From Auanema rhodensis (lineage: Eukaryota; Animalia; Nematoda): a stretch of DNA of 64,000 bases. The position numbers and the translations under genes were made by a program. Positions 25,342 to 40,344 of the stretch are shown in pieces. Numbering within the stretch: the stretch's first letter is position 1; each line of letters begins with the position of its first letter. Location of the stretch: positions 9,920,001 through 9,984,000 of the forward strand of contig OZ059900.1 of NCBI GenBank assembly GCA_964057225.1, read 5' to 3'. Under the pieces are notes generated by a model. It ran no database searches and was not told the origin of the DNA. It worked only from the letters and a program-made list of their open reading frames with translations.

Positions 25342-28300
25342 ACTACAATATTACTGCATTTCCGTTTTGTTCGAAAACCAATTCGGGTCTGCCCTCGAAA
25401 CACTCATATTGGGCAATTTTGAAATCTAGCACTGCCCTCTCTCTTACTCACCCTCCACCACCCCCTCCCTCCTTACACTTAGCAGTGCATTGCCCTCCTC
25501 TTCCATGCAATATTCGAACACTCTCCTGCGCCATTCATGAGAGCTCAAAAATGAATCAAAGTCATGGGAACTGTCAATCGTGATAACAAAAGCTCGGATG
25601 AAGAAGATGAAAAGGTCGGTTTTCAGTCTTGTAAATAATTCATGTTAATGCTAAGAATCATTTTTAATTGGCAAATCATTGCACTTTTCTTTTTCCAACC
25701 TTCGTTCTACCCTTTTTGCACATAAAATAATTTCAGTCGAGAAAAAAGAAAAATGATATAGAAAGCTTATCTTTTGTTAGAATTTTACTCAATTCTTTAG
25801 TTTGATATCTCTTTCTTTCTTTTTTTTGTTTTTTTTTCATATCTCGAGCACAGATAGATCACATTGTAATTCCGATAATTCAAATATTCGTATAGCACAT
25901 AAGCGAACATCTCAAGTAAAGTTCAATTCATTATCTCAAATTTATCAGTTCCATTTTTAGCTAAATTTTGTGATTTATGCTGTTTATGTTATTTATAAGA
26001 TTTATTGTTCAATCTGTGTAACTTTTTTTTGAATTAATAACTGGCTAATGCTGTTTCAAACCAATGCTGTAGTAAGACTTTTCACAATTTTGAATAATTT
26101 TCTAAGAGTGACAGGGAAAAAAAACAAAAATGAAAATGGTTCCGGTAATTCTTCATAGCAACCTCATTAAGCGTCATCATAAACTTTCTTCCAAAATGAC
26201 AAACTACTCACATAAATCATAAATTCTGCGAATAAGTAATAAATTGTCTTTCAATATAGTATATTCCAACTATGCACCTGCTGCAAGTTTCTTGCAGTCG
26301 TCATCTTGAACTGTTCTTATTGCTTTTGACACTTGATTTACTGTATTTTTCTCATCTGCCTCGTTAATAGAATACACGATTCTCGTAAAAGTGACGGATA
26401 TATTAAGCTCATCTATCATATAGTTACGAGCCTTTTAAGTATTTTTTTTTATTTCTTCTTCTCTTATTAAGAAACTTGAAAACCTGGTTACACCTTACTC
26501 TACTTCAACTCTTTTGCAGCTTTTGAAATCTTTTTTTCTCTGTCTCTCTTTCTTAAACCCTTTTCTTTAAATCATTTTCTGTTGCAGCATTTTGGCTTAC
26601 GGCTTTTCATCTTACTAGATATGCTGACATATTTGGGCAGACGCACTGAAATGCATTCATATATCAAACATTCATAACGATGTCATCAATCATTTCCTTC
26701 CAATGGCGTGAGACATCGGATAATGTCATTCTCTGCCGTAACATTTTTCGGTGCTTGAACTATGCCATCCTCAATGCTACATTCTTATAGCTCGACCACA
26801 CACCACCAGCTGGTGCTTAGTGCCTCTCATTCTTCTCATCACTCGTCAGCAGAACACAATTCTAGCTATTCTAACAGCATTCACATGTTTCAAGCTGTTC
26901 ATGATATGTTCCAGTTCTGCAAAAGGCATTTTTTCGCTGCAAATCTATGTACTTGCAAATTATTCAATTTATATATCAGATATTATTTAAAATCAGGACT
27001 ATTTCTTATGTATATTCTTGAATATTTTCTGTTTTCTCATTGAAAAAGTTCATTGTTATTTCAAAAAATGACCAATTTTTGCTCAGAAACGTTATTCATT
27101 TTCACCAATTTCTGAACAGATTGCTCATATTGTACTTTGTGAAACGGCGAGTTTCCGGATTTAGATATAGCTCGATCAGACTAAGTTTTACGATTTTGAA
27201 ATCAAACATGGTAATAAAGCTCGTAAGTTGTGCTTTCAATGCTCTTTCTTTGGTTGCCCCGTCGATGTGCAACAAGCTATAACGATGTGTGCAAAGCATG
27301 TGAACAGGTCATCTGGAAATTCAAGCAATGAGAAACATGTATTGCTCAATTAATTGTTGCAGTCAAGCGCAAACACTTCTTTTTAAACATTTAGTTACGG
27401 TTCACGGAAGAAAGCAGAAAGCTGTTGTTCGCATTCTGTACTCCACTTACAACCGATTAACATTCCCAAAGAAAGCTTTTCACGTACCCGACTCTACTGC
27501 TCTTTCTTCTGTCCTGCTTACTACTAGTCTATACTCCCCCCCTCCACTTTTGAATTCTACTTTTCTACTCCTCCCGTTTGGCTCTCAACAGCTTTTCTGC
27601 TGCCTAAATGCTCTTTCGCCATCGCCCTCTCACTCCATCTTTTTCTATTACTTGAATCTCATAGTCTTTCAACCTTCTTTTCTAGTAAAAATCTCCTTGA
27701 ATCAAGTATTCCTTTCATCTTCACTGTTTCATCTCTCGCAATTTTAATTCGCAAAACCGCAACTCTCTTACTATCTCATTCACTCAAATGCTCATTGTTT
27801 TGTCTTTTTCTTATTACTTTTATTTCTTATAATATTTGCTTATATTTGTTTTTCTTGGCTGTACATAGAGCCTGAAAAGCTAATTATATCATCTTCGCTC
27901 ATCTTTGACTTCATTTTTTTTCACATTCTCTGTTTCACATTAGGATCGAAAGAGAAAACGGCATATTCATCCATTTTCTATCACATATTGCCTTCAGTAG
28001 CTTGTAAATCATTTCCATTTTTGTTGAGCATTGTCATCAATGCAAAGCTTTCACATCCTGATGTCGTCACAACTTCTGTGTGAGACTGTGCCAGTGTCTG
28101 ATTCGTAGTTTCAACTTTAGCTTCATGCACACAATCCTTTTGTCAATGGTCTTTTCAAATTTATTATGAATGACGCCACCATAGTTATCACAAAGACATT
28201 GAATGCTTGATTCTGAAGCATTTTTGCTCTTCAATAACCATTTTCTGTGAAAAGATGATTTGAATATGAAACGGATACTCTATCAATTCACATCTTTCCC

Positions 28301-30355
28301 TGTTCTCATTTGATTTTTCTCTATCTCTTATGCGCTTTTACATTTTTCTATCCAAATTTAGATATAATTGAGAAAAATATCTATACTTCCTTTCAAATAA
28401 AATTGTTGTTCTGAAATTATTCGTTTTTTTAATTTCCTTTTTTTACTTTTGGCATTTTTAGAAAATTAAAATTTCCTGTTCAGCATATAACTCAACTTTG
28501 GAGGAAATTAGGAATGCTTACCGTTATTCACATTTGTTGAATCTCGTGATTAACAGATTACCACGGACATGATGCCCGAACATTGACGATCAAAAAACAA
28601 AATAAAAAGTGTATTTATATACTTTGAGCTCATATTTTTTGAACAAAATCTTTTCATTCATGATGAAAGCTGTTCATCCTCATTGTTAGGTCAATTTCCG
28701 TTTTTTTTATAAGTTCCGTATTGGATATCTAGTCATTACAGTGTACTAAAATAGAAATTATTTTTAATTTAAAAGCTCAAAAAAGTGGAAATTAACCTAA
28801 TTTCATATATTTAAAATGATTTCCTCTATACTTTTTTTGGGATTATATAAATGAGAGATGAAGGATTTTAAATGTTTCTTCCCATACTGTACGCTTGTGC
28901 TAGCAGCTCGCAGCTATCGCTCCCTCTCTTTTTATATTTCCATAAAACATGTCTGAAAGCGATTCTCTGGATTCTTCCTCTGTAAGTTTTATTTCGTTTA
29001 ACTTTTTCTTTCTCTTATCTCCTTATGCAAGCTGTATTGCTGAGCTGAAAGTGATGGCAAGTAGACGCGTAAAGTGAAGGTTGACAACACACTAAAACGA
29101 GAAAAATATATATCAGCTAGGTTCGTTGTCAACTACGCAGGACAAGCAGGATGATCTACCGAGTACTATGTATAAGACGACGAAAAAAAAAACTGCAGAA
29201 AGAAAACGAATGAAGACAAGTTAAAAACATGTAGTCCGTTCGTTTTTTTAGTTTTCTTCCTGCCTACAAGAGCTTTCCTTTATTCTCGTCAGCTACTCCT
29301 ATTGAAAAGACTTGGAGCCAGCCATAGATTCATTCAAAAGACGGGCTGCTCAACAACATTTTGTTTGCTTCTCCTGGCTTACTTCGGTCCTCCCTCTCCT
29401 ACATCTCCTACTCCTAACTTCATCTCCTTGTCCATCGTCATCGTTTTTTTCCTCATCAACTCCTGGCCGACTTCAGTGTTTTGATCTATTCGCTGTTATG
29501 TAGTTTGGCTTTCGTCAGCTCCGTTTATCTAAACTATATCGCTCTATCATACTTCCTGCTCAGAAACTAGCGAATGACACATAAATGTTTCTACTTTCAC
29601 GCCTGAAAAGTTGATTCAACTGTTTTAATTTTAAAATGTTTTGCTTGTGTTGTCAAATTTCACTTCTTTTCACTTTTTTCTCCTGTAAAATTTTGAAAGT
29701 TTTTTCCAAATTATTACAGTTTTTTTCACTCCTTTCGTAGTTCTTTTTACTCAGCTTCAGTCAGCTAAAAAACGCATGTTCATTGTGCCATTTGAGCTAT
29801 GATAAGTGCATAACGACTTTGTTTTTCTTCGGCATTCCCGTTCACTTACCCATGATAAATGTCGCCCAAAATACAAAGTTGTTGTCAATTTTTCCTTTTA
29901 CCTCACCCTCCGTATTTCCTTTAATCTTACTCAGCTTTCAACAAGTTTTCTTATAATATAATCCAATTTGTGTCAATCTTCTTCATCTTGCCACCCACAT
30001 TCGAAAACTAAGGCTTATCTCAGACCAAATAAATATTCTAATAATTATGCTAATTATGCTGATGCTTAGTTAAATGGCTCTATGACCTATTCAGTACAAC
30101 CAAAAACGGAACAGCTCAAAGCTGCGTTTTTTTCTGTTTTATTTATTGTTTTTTCTTTAATTTTTCGCTTTTCACAATTTAATATAAAAAAACGATCTCT
30201 TCCTTTTTTTTCCTGATTGTCATAACATAGTACAGCTTATTTCAAATTGCTCTCAGCAATTATGCAATCGTTCAAACATTTTTCATTGTTCCTGTCATTA
30301 TCCAACTCTTTGTTTTTTTTTCTTTCTAGACAACAACCCCTCCATTGATTTCTCC

Positions 30356-30358
<3 letters not shown>

Positions 30359-30392
<34 letters not shown>
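30359..30392. repeat. (TA)n microsatellite
   Basis: Uninterrupted TA run. Confidence 0.95.
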
Positions 30393-30397
<5 letters not shown>

Positions 30398-33300
30398 ATA
30401 TAGTTAGATATTTGAATGAAATTTGTGCTATTCTAACATTACAAAGCTACAGCGGACAACCTATTACTTTCAGTGCTGATTCTCCCCTCGCCACATTCCA
30501 AGCCTTTGGCTATTTTTTCATACAAAATATGGTAAACGGCTGACAGCATTTTTAGCCATAAAAACAAGAAATAAAAACGGCATTTCTTGTATTCTCATTA
30601 GTTCGTCTTCATGTCAAAATGTGTTGAATAGATCGCTTGTGCAGCTTTAGTACATAGCCTCAAGCTATATTCATTTCGTACTTATTAACGAATTTGATCT
30701 ATTTGATAAGTTGTGACCTTTTATGCGTAACATTTGATTAACAAAATTTAAGCTTATTTTGGATTTCTACATCAACTCTCTTTCTATCTTTCTCTCTCTC
30801 TCTCTCTCTTTATCGTTTTTTCGCCGTTTCATGCTACCTCCGTCTTCTCTCGTTCTTTATCATGTGTTGCGGCTATCGCGAACAGACGAAAAGCCAGACT
30901 TTGGCGTATTTTTAGCAAAACTCCATAGGAAATCCATTGAAATGTAATTGTTTCAGTCATGTAAGATAGAACTCTTTCTCATTTCATATCCGCCTCTATT
31001 TCTCCGGCTTGCTCATGTCGTCATATTTGCCTCATCGAATTGAATCAGTTCGTAGGCAACAAGTGCATTATCCTCTGATAGTAATGGAACATCTAATGAA
31101 AGATTCATTAGCAACAAGTTAATATACTATATCATATATTCTCATATAGTATATACTATTCATATGAATCAGTTGATCTACTACTTTACTACTTTGAGTC
31201 AGCGTGCAGATTGTTCTCTTCTGCCACCCTCAATATATTGCCCATTACCCTTTCTATCTATCTTCTCCCATTTTAGTTGAATGAGTAATCACTTTCTCTT
31301 TGAGATTTTAGCGAAATTGGCCAATATCTTAAGCTAATGGACTATCTATATGTCATAGTGTGATACTTTCAATTACTTAGGTGTAACATAGCTGTCACTG
31401 AACAGGTGAAGATTATTACACCTATATAGTAATATATGTCACCTTTATAGTAATACCTATCTATCTAATTAAGTATATTATGCATAATCTGCATAATTAG
31501 CATTATGATTTCAATTTTTGCTGTTTGAATTCAATTATTTTTCAACTATATAGTTATGTTCAATATGATTTGAAATCAAACTCTTAAGCTGTCAATTCTT
31601 ACTTCTTAATCGCAGCAAAAGTTGTTAATTTCACTAAACTTCAAGGGCTTCCTCTATTCAAAACCAATTTTCGACATTGAATATTAATACCAGTTAGTCA
31701 GATTTTCAACATTCATCAACTGGTATCATTGATTTGAAGTAATTAATGTAGGATTTCACAAATGTTCTAGCGGAATCACAACATTTAGTGAGCCAATTTT
31801 CAATCCCTTTTACGTTTGCTGTTCAGACGGAAAAGTGGTCAATGTCTTACTTTCTGTTCCTTTAATGTTTGCTCAAAAATCTTCCGGTTGAACTCAACAT
31901 ATCAGCATTCCCTCTCATTCTGTTCTTTGTCCTAAGAAATACTGCGAAAGAAAAACTTAAATATTATTCAAATTATGAACATTTGAAGAAATAAAGAAGA
32001 ACTTAACCGTTAGCCGGTTCTGACGTCTCGACGTCAGTGTTTGCTCAAGCTAGTCTACATTGAGACATTGTGAGTAGCATTGATGACGAGAGACTGAGAG
32101 AAAAAATGATGAAGGGATTGAGAGGTATAGAGCTATAGAGATCAGCTTTCATCGCTGCTGCTACTCTTTGCCCAACTTGTTGTAATTCTTCTTTTCGTCG
32201 TGGTTTATCGTTGTCGTCGTCATCAAACTGACATCAGGATGAGAAGTGCATTGTTCGGAAACAAGACACTGAATGTCGTCTGAATGTTCCGTTTGAACCG
32301 CAATCTTATCGAACAATGCTAGATAGAATGAGACAGAGAAAACGAGAGATTGAAGAATATCAATAGGATTTGAAATCTTAGAACGCAACTTCATGCATCT
32401 TTAACTTTTTCTTATTTTTTTTTGAAGAAAAACATTATTTTCTCTCATATTTTCTAAACTCAGGAGCTCAAAAAAAAGTTTGTGTTCTAAAACGATAAAA
32501 AGAAGGGGGGGGGAGTAGGGTGTGGTATGACTGCTTGTAAATCAAGCGACGGAAATTCAAATTTCTCGATGAATATTAGAAGAGATGGAACGCCTGTAAG
32601 CAATCAGTATCACGAACATCAAACTAATTAAAGGCCTAGCAGAGCACAAACTTGTTTTGTTTAGCTCAAATTGTAAGAAAACTTGAAAAAAATCATTAAT
32701 ATCTTAAAACTATAATGCTTACTATATGAGATAGAGATGTATGGAGGACATGTTGTGCCTTGTCGGAAACTATTTAAGAAGCAAACCGATTTATGCATCT
32801 CTTATAACACTAAGCACATACAGCATACTAAATAGATTGTCATCTTCAATTTTTCGAGCTTGTTGGTCCACTTGAGATCTATATTCAACATTATTTCGTT
32901 TTGTGTGCCCTAAGACTGGCCTCGTTATTCTTCACACTTTCTTTGTTAATTTTTACATTGCATTTGATCAATTTATGTATATTGTTTTTGCAATTTTTAT
33001 CAAACCATTTTTGAAAATTGTTTGTCCTTGTTCTCATAAAAAAGGTTTTAACGTTTCTCTCCCTCTCTCCTTTCTTTATAACCTCTTAAGATCCCTTCTT
33101 CTTTCCAATCTTTTTGTACTAGCTTTTCGTTGTTTTATTCAGTAAGTTCTACTTGTTAGCACTTTGCACAAGCGCTCAGTTTTGCGAACTTTCACTACTC
33201 TCCGTTCTTTTAACTCATCTATATTGCTTATCTATGCTCTTTCCATGTATATCTTATACTTTTTATGTATGTTGCGCTTTAAATACAATCTAGTGTTTCA

Positions 33301-35931
33301 AGCTGTCCATACATTAAAACATAAAGCCGCTAAGATATGAGGTTAGTCTCACTACAAGAAGTATCTAATCAGATTGCCCTCACTGGAACTTTCTAACATT
33401 TTGGTTAATATGGTTAAGCATAATGAGATATTGTTATCGCTCTCTTGTTACACACGTTCCTTTAAATGCATTTCGTCTTATACTCATACTTGGAAATACC
33501 TAGTTATAGCTACTTTCCGTGTGTTCTCCATTAGTTAAGATGAGAACAACTTCATTACTTCGCATTAGCTGTAATTCTGGCCTAGACTTACATGCTTGTC
33601 ATTGCACTGCAGACCTACTGAACAACGCTTCTACACCCTCCCTGCTTTTCAACAAACTTTCAAGCTGTCTGCAAATGGATTTTGTCAAATTAAAATATCT
33701 GATGAAGTGCATATACGCACTTTGAAGTCAAAAAAAAGAGGAGAAAACGATGAAAGTCTATTGTCAGTGATAGAGTGCGCGCATGCACATGCTCTTGTTT
33801 TGGTGGCCATTACTTGTATGTGTTGCGGAAGAGTTTAGATTTCCAATCTATCATCAAGTTTAATCCAACGTCTTCCAGCTATATTCTCAAATTTTGCGGC
33901 TCTCCCTTTCATTCTCATATCCTCTTCTCAGGCTCTAGCAGCTCTTGCCACCCTCTCAATCTGGGCCACATTTCGATTACAATGTACTCGAACTCTTTTT
34001 AATTTTTTAATTCTTTCTATTTTCTCTCAATTTCTTTATCTTTCCAACTCTTTCTGCACACTACTCATTCACACTTTTTTCCTTTTTACTTACCACTTGA
34101 AGCTCTGCTGCTCATCCAATTGTCTCTTTTGGAAGAAATTCTCTCAGCCATGCTGCGCATGTATTCCTCCCCCTTCATCCCACCCTCTCTCTCTCTTTTT
34201 ATCTTCTTCTCTTAAGCTTTTCCTATCTAACATTATTGAAACTTCATTTCTCTTCTTCCACAATTTCTTTTTCCTTCTTCTTCATTGTTCATAGAGATTT
34301 CATTTAGTCTCTCATCCCAACTCACCCATACTTTGCTATGTGTGTGTGAATTTTTATATTCTTCCTCCTTTTTCGTCTACATACTATATATGTTTCTTAC
34401 ATATTTTATCAGCATTTTTTGCTTAATCTTGTGAGAATCGCTCAAAGATCTCTTATTGAATCGTTTTGCATGATCTTGCCAATGGCATGACACCCTTTTT
34501 TTGCGTCAAGAAACACTTCCCAGCTAACAGACTCATACAATAAACTGATCGATGTCCTAATTCGACTTCCGACTGCCTTAGTTAGCGTCTTTTTGAGCTT
34601 GTGGCAACTCCACATGCTTACAACACAAATACATGCTCATGTACACACACATGGACATCTCAAATCACACATATACACAAATAGTTAGAATCAGATATAG
34701 AGACGTAGAGAGGAATGAGAGAAAGATATGGATTCAGATATGCATACATTGGCTATTTGGCTCTGTCCAATTTTGTCTATTTTGGCAACACACAAACAGA
34801 GACATAAACTGAATTGCAACAAAAAAAAGCAGAAAATACTCCATAGACCATTTGCCATTTCGTATTTCTTTTCCATCTCATGTTTGTCTGTGCCATAGCC
34901 ACTATTCATGCTAAACGTTATCCCAAATGGTCGTCCAACATAAGCTTAATGGTCAGACGTCTAGTGATTTGGCTGTTCGTTTCTGGCTGTGACAGCAACA
35001 AACTCTAATGGTCAATGTGGCTGTCTCTCATAGCAGTTGTCAGCCAGACACTTAACAATGTTCTTTAGCAGCGTTGAATAAGATATAGAGATAGCGAGAA
35101 ACAGCAACATTAATTTTCTTAGAGGTAGAGCGTGATGAGAGTGAGAGAATAAGCTGAAGCAGTGCAAAATGAGAGACGGTTGTAACAACAACAACAACAA
35201 CAACAGCTGACTCTGAGCAATGATTATTTATAAGAATTTAATTTCTCATTTCAACACTTTTCTTTAATTTCCTCTCAATTCATTTCATTATAGCTACTCA
35301 TACTTATTTCGTACCTTATCCGCTTAGGCCTTATGCTACCAGCTTTCTTTCTCTTCGATACTCTTGAATATGCTGTATTCTCTCTATCAATTTTCTCTCT
35401 CTGCATCTGTAACCCTCTTTCTCTCTCAGCTCTCTAGATCGTTTCGGGGTTAGTAGTCTTTCAAGCATGACTTCTGCTTCATTCACGTCTCAACCTTTCT
35501 TATTCATTTTACCTTTTAACCTTTTTGACAAGCTCCTTTCTCTCTCATTCATTCAGCGGCAACATCCCAAGCAGTCACTAAAGCCAATTATTCATCTTTC
35601 TATCTGCTTCACCTTTTGTTTATCTACTCTTAGCGACAATGCCAAGTCGCCATTGTCACAAAGATTTCGTTATATGCTGTTCTGCCCGTCAGACGACCTA
35701 CCTCCCTTTTCCTACTCCCACCTCGTCCGAAGCAGCAGCATCAAATTCGAGTACCTCATGCTTGTTATTTGATATCATCTATACATTCTTCCTAAAAATT
35801 AGACATAAATAGCCATGCTTTATATTGTCTTCTGGCATGTACAAATAGATAGAACGACACACACACTCTCAGCATATTGAGTGAGACGAATAGCATTTGA
35901 GTGAGAACATTTATTCCATTCAAAACAATCA

Positions 35932-35963
<32 letters not shown>

Positions 35964-36535
35964 CTCTATTTCATTCTTTCTCTCTCTCTCCCTTTCTCTC
36001 ATTTTTTCTCTTCTCCCGCTTGCATAATTCTCAATCTGGTCTTTTATCTCATTAATCTTATAAATGAAAATATTTATTTTTTCTCAGAAAAAAATAAAAA
36101 CGAATTTACTTTTGTTTACTCGGCCTTTCTAACTTAATGTATGATCCACTATAATTACAATATCTTATTGGTGTTGTTGTTATTGATGTTGTTTTTGTTT
36201 TACAATACGTATATCATTTACACTTTATTTCAATCAGAATATCATTTATTTTCTACACCAATATCATGCTTTTATCCCATTCTCACATCAATCAAAAACA
36301 ACAACAACAAGAAAAGGGAGCAATGGCAATGTCAATTCATTTCAAATCACTAGATACCGAACTAAACTGTCACTCACACAAAAAAACATCTACACTTTTA
36401 ATAATGTTTTTTTGTCTCAAAATCAGTTTCCTATTTTTCTTTTTTTTTTCCTCTAATTCATCATATATGCATTTTTTGTTTTGTTTTGTTTATTTTATAC
36501 TATTTTTCTCTTAGTATATCACTTTTTCTTTTTAC

Positions 36536-36590
36536 ATATATATATATATATATATATATACAGACATATATATATATATATATATATACA
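36536..36590. repeat. Interrupted (TA)n microsatellite
   Basis: Two TA runs separated by CAGAC. Confidence 0.9.
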
Positions 36591-39500
36591 TATTCTCTTC
36601 AATATTCATATATAATATTCAATCTCGTCGTTTTTATTGTATTGTTGATGTATTTAGTGATGTGCGTGATTGTCTTGCATTAATTCATCCCACCCTCCTC
36701 ATCTTCTTTCATTTTCTTCATAAATTATTGATAACTGTAAGAATTGATACTATTTTAGCATACCAATTTCAAGAAATGCGATCGATTAAATCACGTATCG
36801 CGGTATCCTGTTCATCCGTCAAGTTCGTCACCACACGATACTAAGTTTTCCAAGTCATACTTTAACAAGGATAGAAAGGTATGTCTCTTTCTCTTTTATC
36901 TATATAAACACATAGTATACAGTGATATATATATACTATATTTACACTATATATATATAGTTATAATTTTTATTTATAAATTAAAATAACAAATAAAACA
37001 AATCATTAATGAAAGTAGAGAGGGCCAGAATTTAGCCAGATTTAATTGAAATTTTGTTATTTTTTAAAATTTGTGATCGGAACAAAAAAAAGAAAATGAG
37101 CAAAAAATTGAATTGTTCGGCTGTCTCATCGGTTCAGACAAGCGAAATTTGTAACATTTCATAAATATTATAGCAATATCTTTCCATTTTTACATAAACA
37201 TCTATACTATATCATATAAATTTATATCTATACGTATAGTTATATATACTATATATATCTATAGTTATATATTTTCAACTCTACACACTTTATCTTTTCA
37301 AATACTAGCAACTATTTTGTCATTAAGCATGCGTATAAGCCTAAGGACATGAGGATATTCAATGCATCTCACTCACTAGTTGAATGCTAATGAGGCCAAT
37401 AAACTCATGTCATAAACCCAAGCCAATCTCTCCTCCTACCCTCCTCGCCTTACTACATTCTATGTTGTCATGTTTCTGAAGCGTATTTAACTCATACCTT
37501 ACATATTTAAGTTCTAATGCCAGTTTCCTTTTCCCCTTTTTTTTTTGTTGGGCCGATTTGCTCTAACAAATGTTTTATTTTGTCTTAATCTTAAGCATTT
37601 TCAAGTCAGAATAACTTTATTTTCTTCCATGTTAATCCATTTCTATGAAACCTTTTCTCATAAACTAGTATTAGACGAGAACTTGCACTTCTAAATATAT
37701 GGCCAATTTACCTTTTAGCCCAAAAAGCGTTAAGATTAACTTATATTCAAGAAAATTTCAACACTTCCTAAGTTCAGTGTACCAACCTCGGTGTCACCAT
37801 TTCATTTTGCTTCATTAACTTGTGTCCAAATTTAGAAAAATTTGTTCTCGTATCTACCTTGCCTCATATTTCTTCATCTCTAAGGTAGTGCTTTTCGGCT
37901 TAGTTTAAAGTAGAAAAAAGTTTCAAGACAGACTGCTTCCAGCATGCTCAGCAAGTCAACCGAAAGGTAATTTTACATTCTAACCTGACTCACTTTGCTC
38001 TTTCTCCTTTACTCACTTATTGCCTACATGCCAGGTATTTCCAGATGTATATTTATATTTCTCTCTCTCTCTCTTTCTGCCTTTGTATCTCATTTATGCT
38101 TAACAATTTAGAAAATAATGTTCAAGAAGACCATTTCATGATTTACTTCTTGCTCTTCTTCACTTCCTCATCATACTTATATTGTCTTAATCCATCTCCT
38201 GTAGATTATTCACATAATATACATTTTATACGCGTGAGAATTAGTGTATATATGTGAAAAAGTTGTTTGAACGCTCCTGATGACAGCTTGCAGATTTTCC
38301 GCAATGCAATGCGATAGTCTTACTAGCTATATACCGAACGCGTCTACAGCCGATGCCGAATCAAATGATAGCTTATGTTCTTTCCCGCACTCTGCCACTA
38401 TGATCTTGCTTGCCGACCTTTGAATGAACTCTGCCTTAGCTGCCGTCATTAGTCGAATCAGATTCTTTGTCCTTACTGACTGAGTCACACATCTTTGATC
38501 AGTTATGATATAGAGTCATGCGAAATCTATTTTCATCCATTCTTGTACTGAAGTATAAGATTGAAATTTTGAACCAGCAGTCAATTTCCTATGACAAAAA
38601 CTTCCTTTTCTCTCTGATTTGCTGTATAGCATTCCAAACCGCATACAACTTGTCATCATCATCATCATTTCATTCGATGGGTAAGTTTACAGCACTAGTT
38701 TACGCACTTCCAGCTGAAATGGTCCATCTTTTGTTCATTTAATCCCGTAAACGCAATGCTGAAATCATTGAGTGCATGCTACTAAAATGTTTTTTTCGCG
38801 AACCCACCACAATGCCCTTACTAAGCAATTTTCATGTAAATCAACGTACATGAATGTACAAATTGACAGAATTTAACACACTTTTTCTGTATTTTTTCTG
38901 TCACCAAATTGCTTTTTATTATTTTTTTTGTTTAATATCTTTTTCTCAATTGTTGTCGTCTACCTATCTTTATTGACCGTTTTTCTAATCTTCTCAAGTA
39001 TAACGTACATTCGTCTGCTCCCGATCTCAGTAATCCAAAACCAAATTCAACTTCATAGACGCTATTCATCAAAATATCAGCATTGGATATATATAATCCA
39101 TTTGATATATAAGAAAGTTAGTCTCAAACAACTTTTAGCTCATTTTTCACTTATTCTGCGTAAATGTATTAAATATATAAGCATTAATAGTATATGTTTA
39201 ATATATATTTGATTGAAAAATGCTTTTTAAATCAATCACCTACTTTTCAAACAAACTTTACAGAACCCCTAACGATTTTCGATCTCATTATAACTATTCA
39301 TAGATCTTCTTTTATGAACTAAGCGTACTTTGACAGACACCTACACATTTATTTCTGTATTTTTTGAACCAAATTCAAACTTTTTCTAAAAAATGCTTTG
39401 CCAGTTTTTTTGTAAAGTTATGAAAACTACTATTTTTCAAACAATTTTGTTGCTCTCCTCTTGCTTTGCCTCGTTAGGGTTCATTTTTTCTTGTCTGGTG

Positions 39501-40151
39501 TCAAGATAAAGTCAGAACAAAATTTACTCTATTCATCTTTTACACATACTTAGTTTATCAAACTGAAATGAATGCTAAATAAAAAGTCGGATTTGGCAAC
39601 AGCTTGACGAAACGTCGAAGCAATAAGAATAGTGACAGGAAGTGTGTGAAGCTGCACAGAATACGAACAAGTATCTATGGCTCGAAGCAACATGAGCTTT
39701 GGCACTGCTAATTGAGCGAATCTAACAGCTTAGTTACTTCCTCAGCGCTAAGTATTCTAATTTCTGCTCTTATTCTGTGCTGTCAAAGCAAAGCGTATTT
39801 CATGTGAAGCTCTGTAAGTTGTAACATCAACTTCTGCTTTGTCTTCCTCGCGTTCGACGTTGCGACTTTCTGTTCTCGCAACATCAAAAAGCTTTAAAAA
39901 AACTCTTTTTTACCCGTTTTTTTCTAATATTTCAACTTCTCATGTATCTTTCTTAAGCAACTAGTTAACTTTGAAAATTAAATTAAATTAAGTCTCATAC
40001 TTTAGCATAAATCTAATTTAAATCAAATCTATAGCTATTATATCCGTCAAGCATCATATATCTCGATCACCCAGTTATTTCTTAATTATATTCCAAATTA
40101 TATTATATATACATAGTTTTATTAAATTCAATGAAATATAGTGATATTCAC

Positions 40152-40155
<4 letters not shown>

Positions 40156-40194
<39 letters not shown>
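40156..40194. repeat. (TA)n microsatellite
   Basis: Uninterrupted AT run; another lies at about 40314-40342. Confidence 0.95.
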
Positions 40195-40195
<1 letters not shown>

Positions 40196-40311
40196 TATAC
40201 TATATATGTTTAATCAACTTCTTAAAATAGAAGAAGAAAAACATTTACATTTCTACAACTCTAAAATAATATAATTTACTATTCTAACATAGTATTTTGA
40301 AATGTTTATGT

Positions 40312-40344
<33 letters not shown>

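Noticed and set aside
26700-27320. Possible minus-strand exons (SDRAISKSGNSPFHK.., MPFAELEHIMNSLK..)
   Set aside because: Slightly coding-like, but I could not join them into an open spliced frame.
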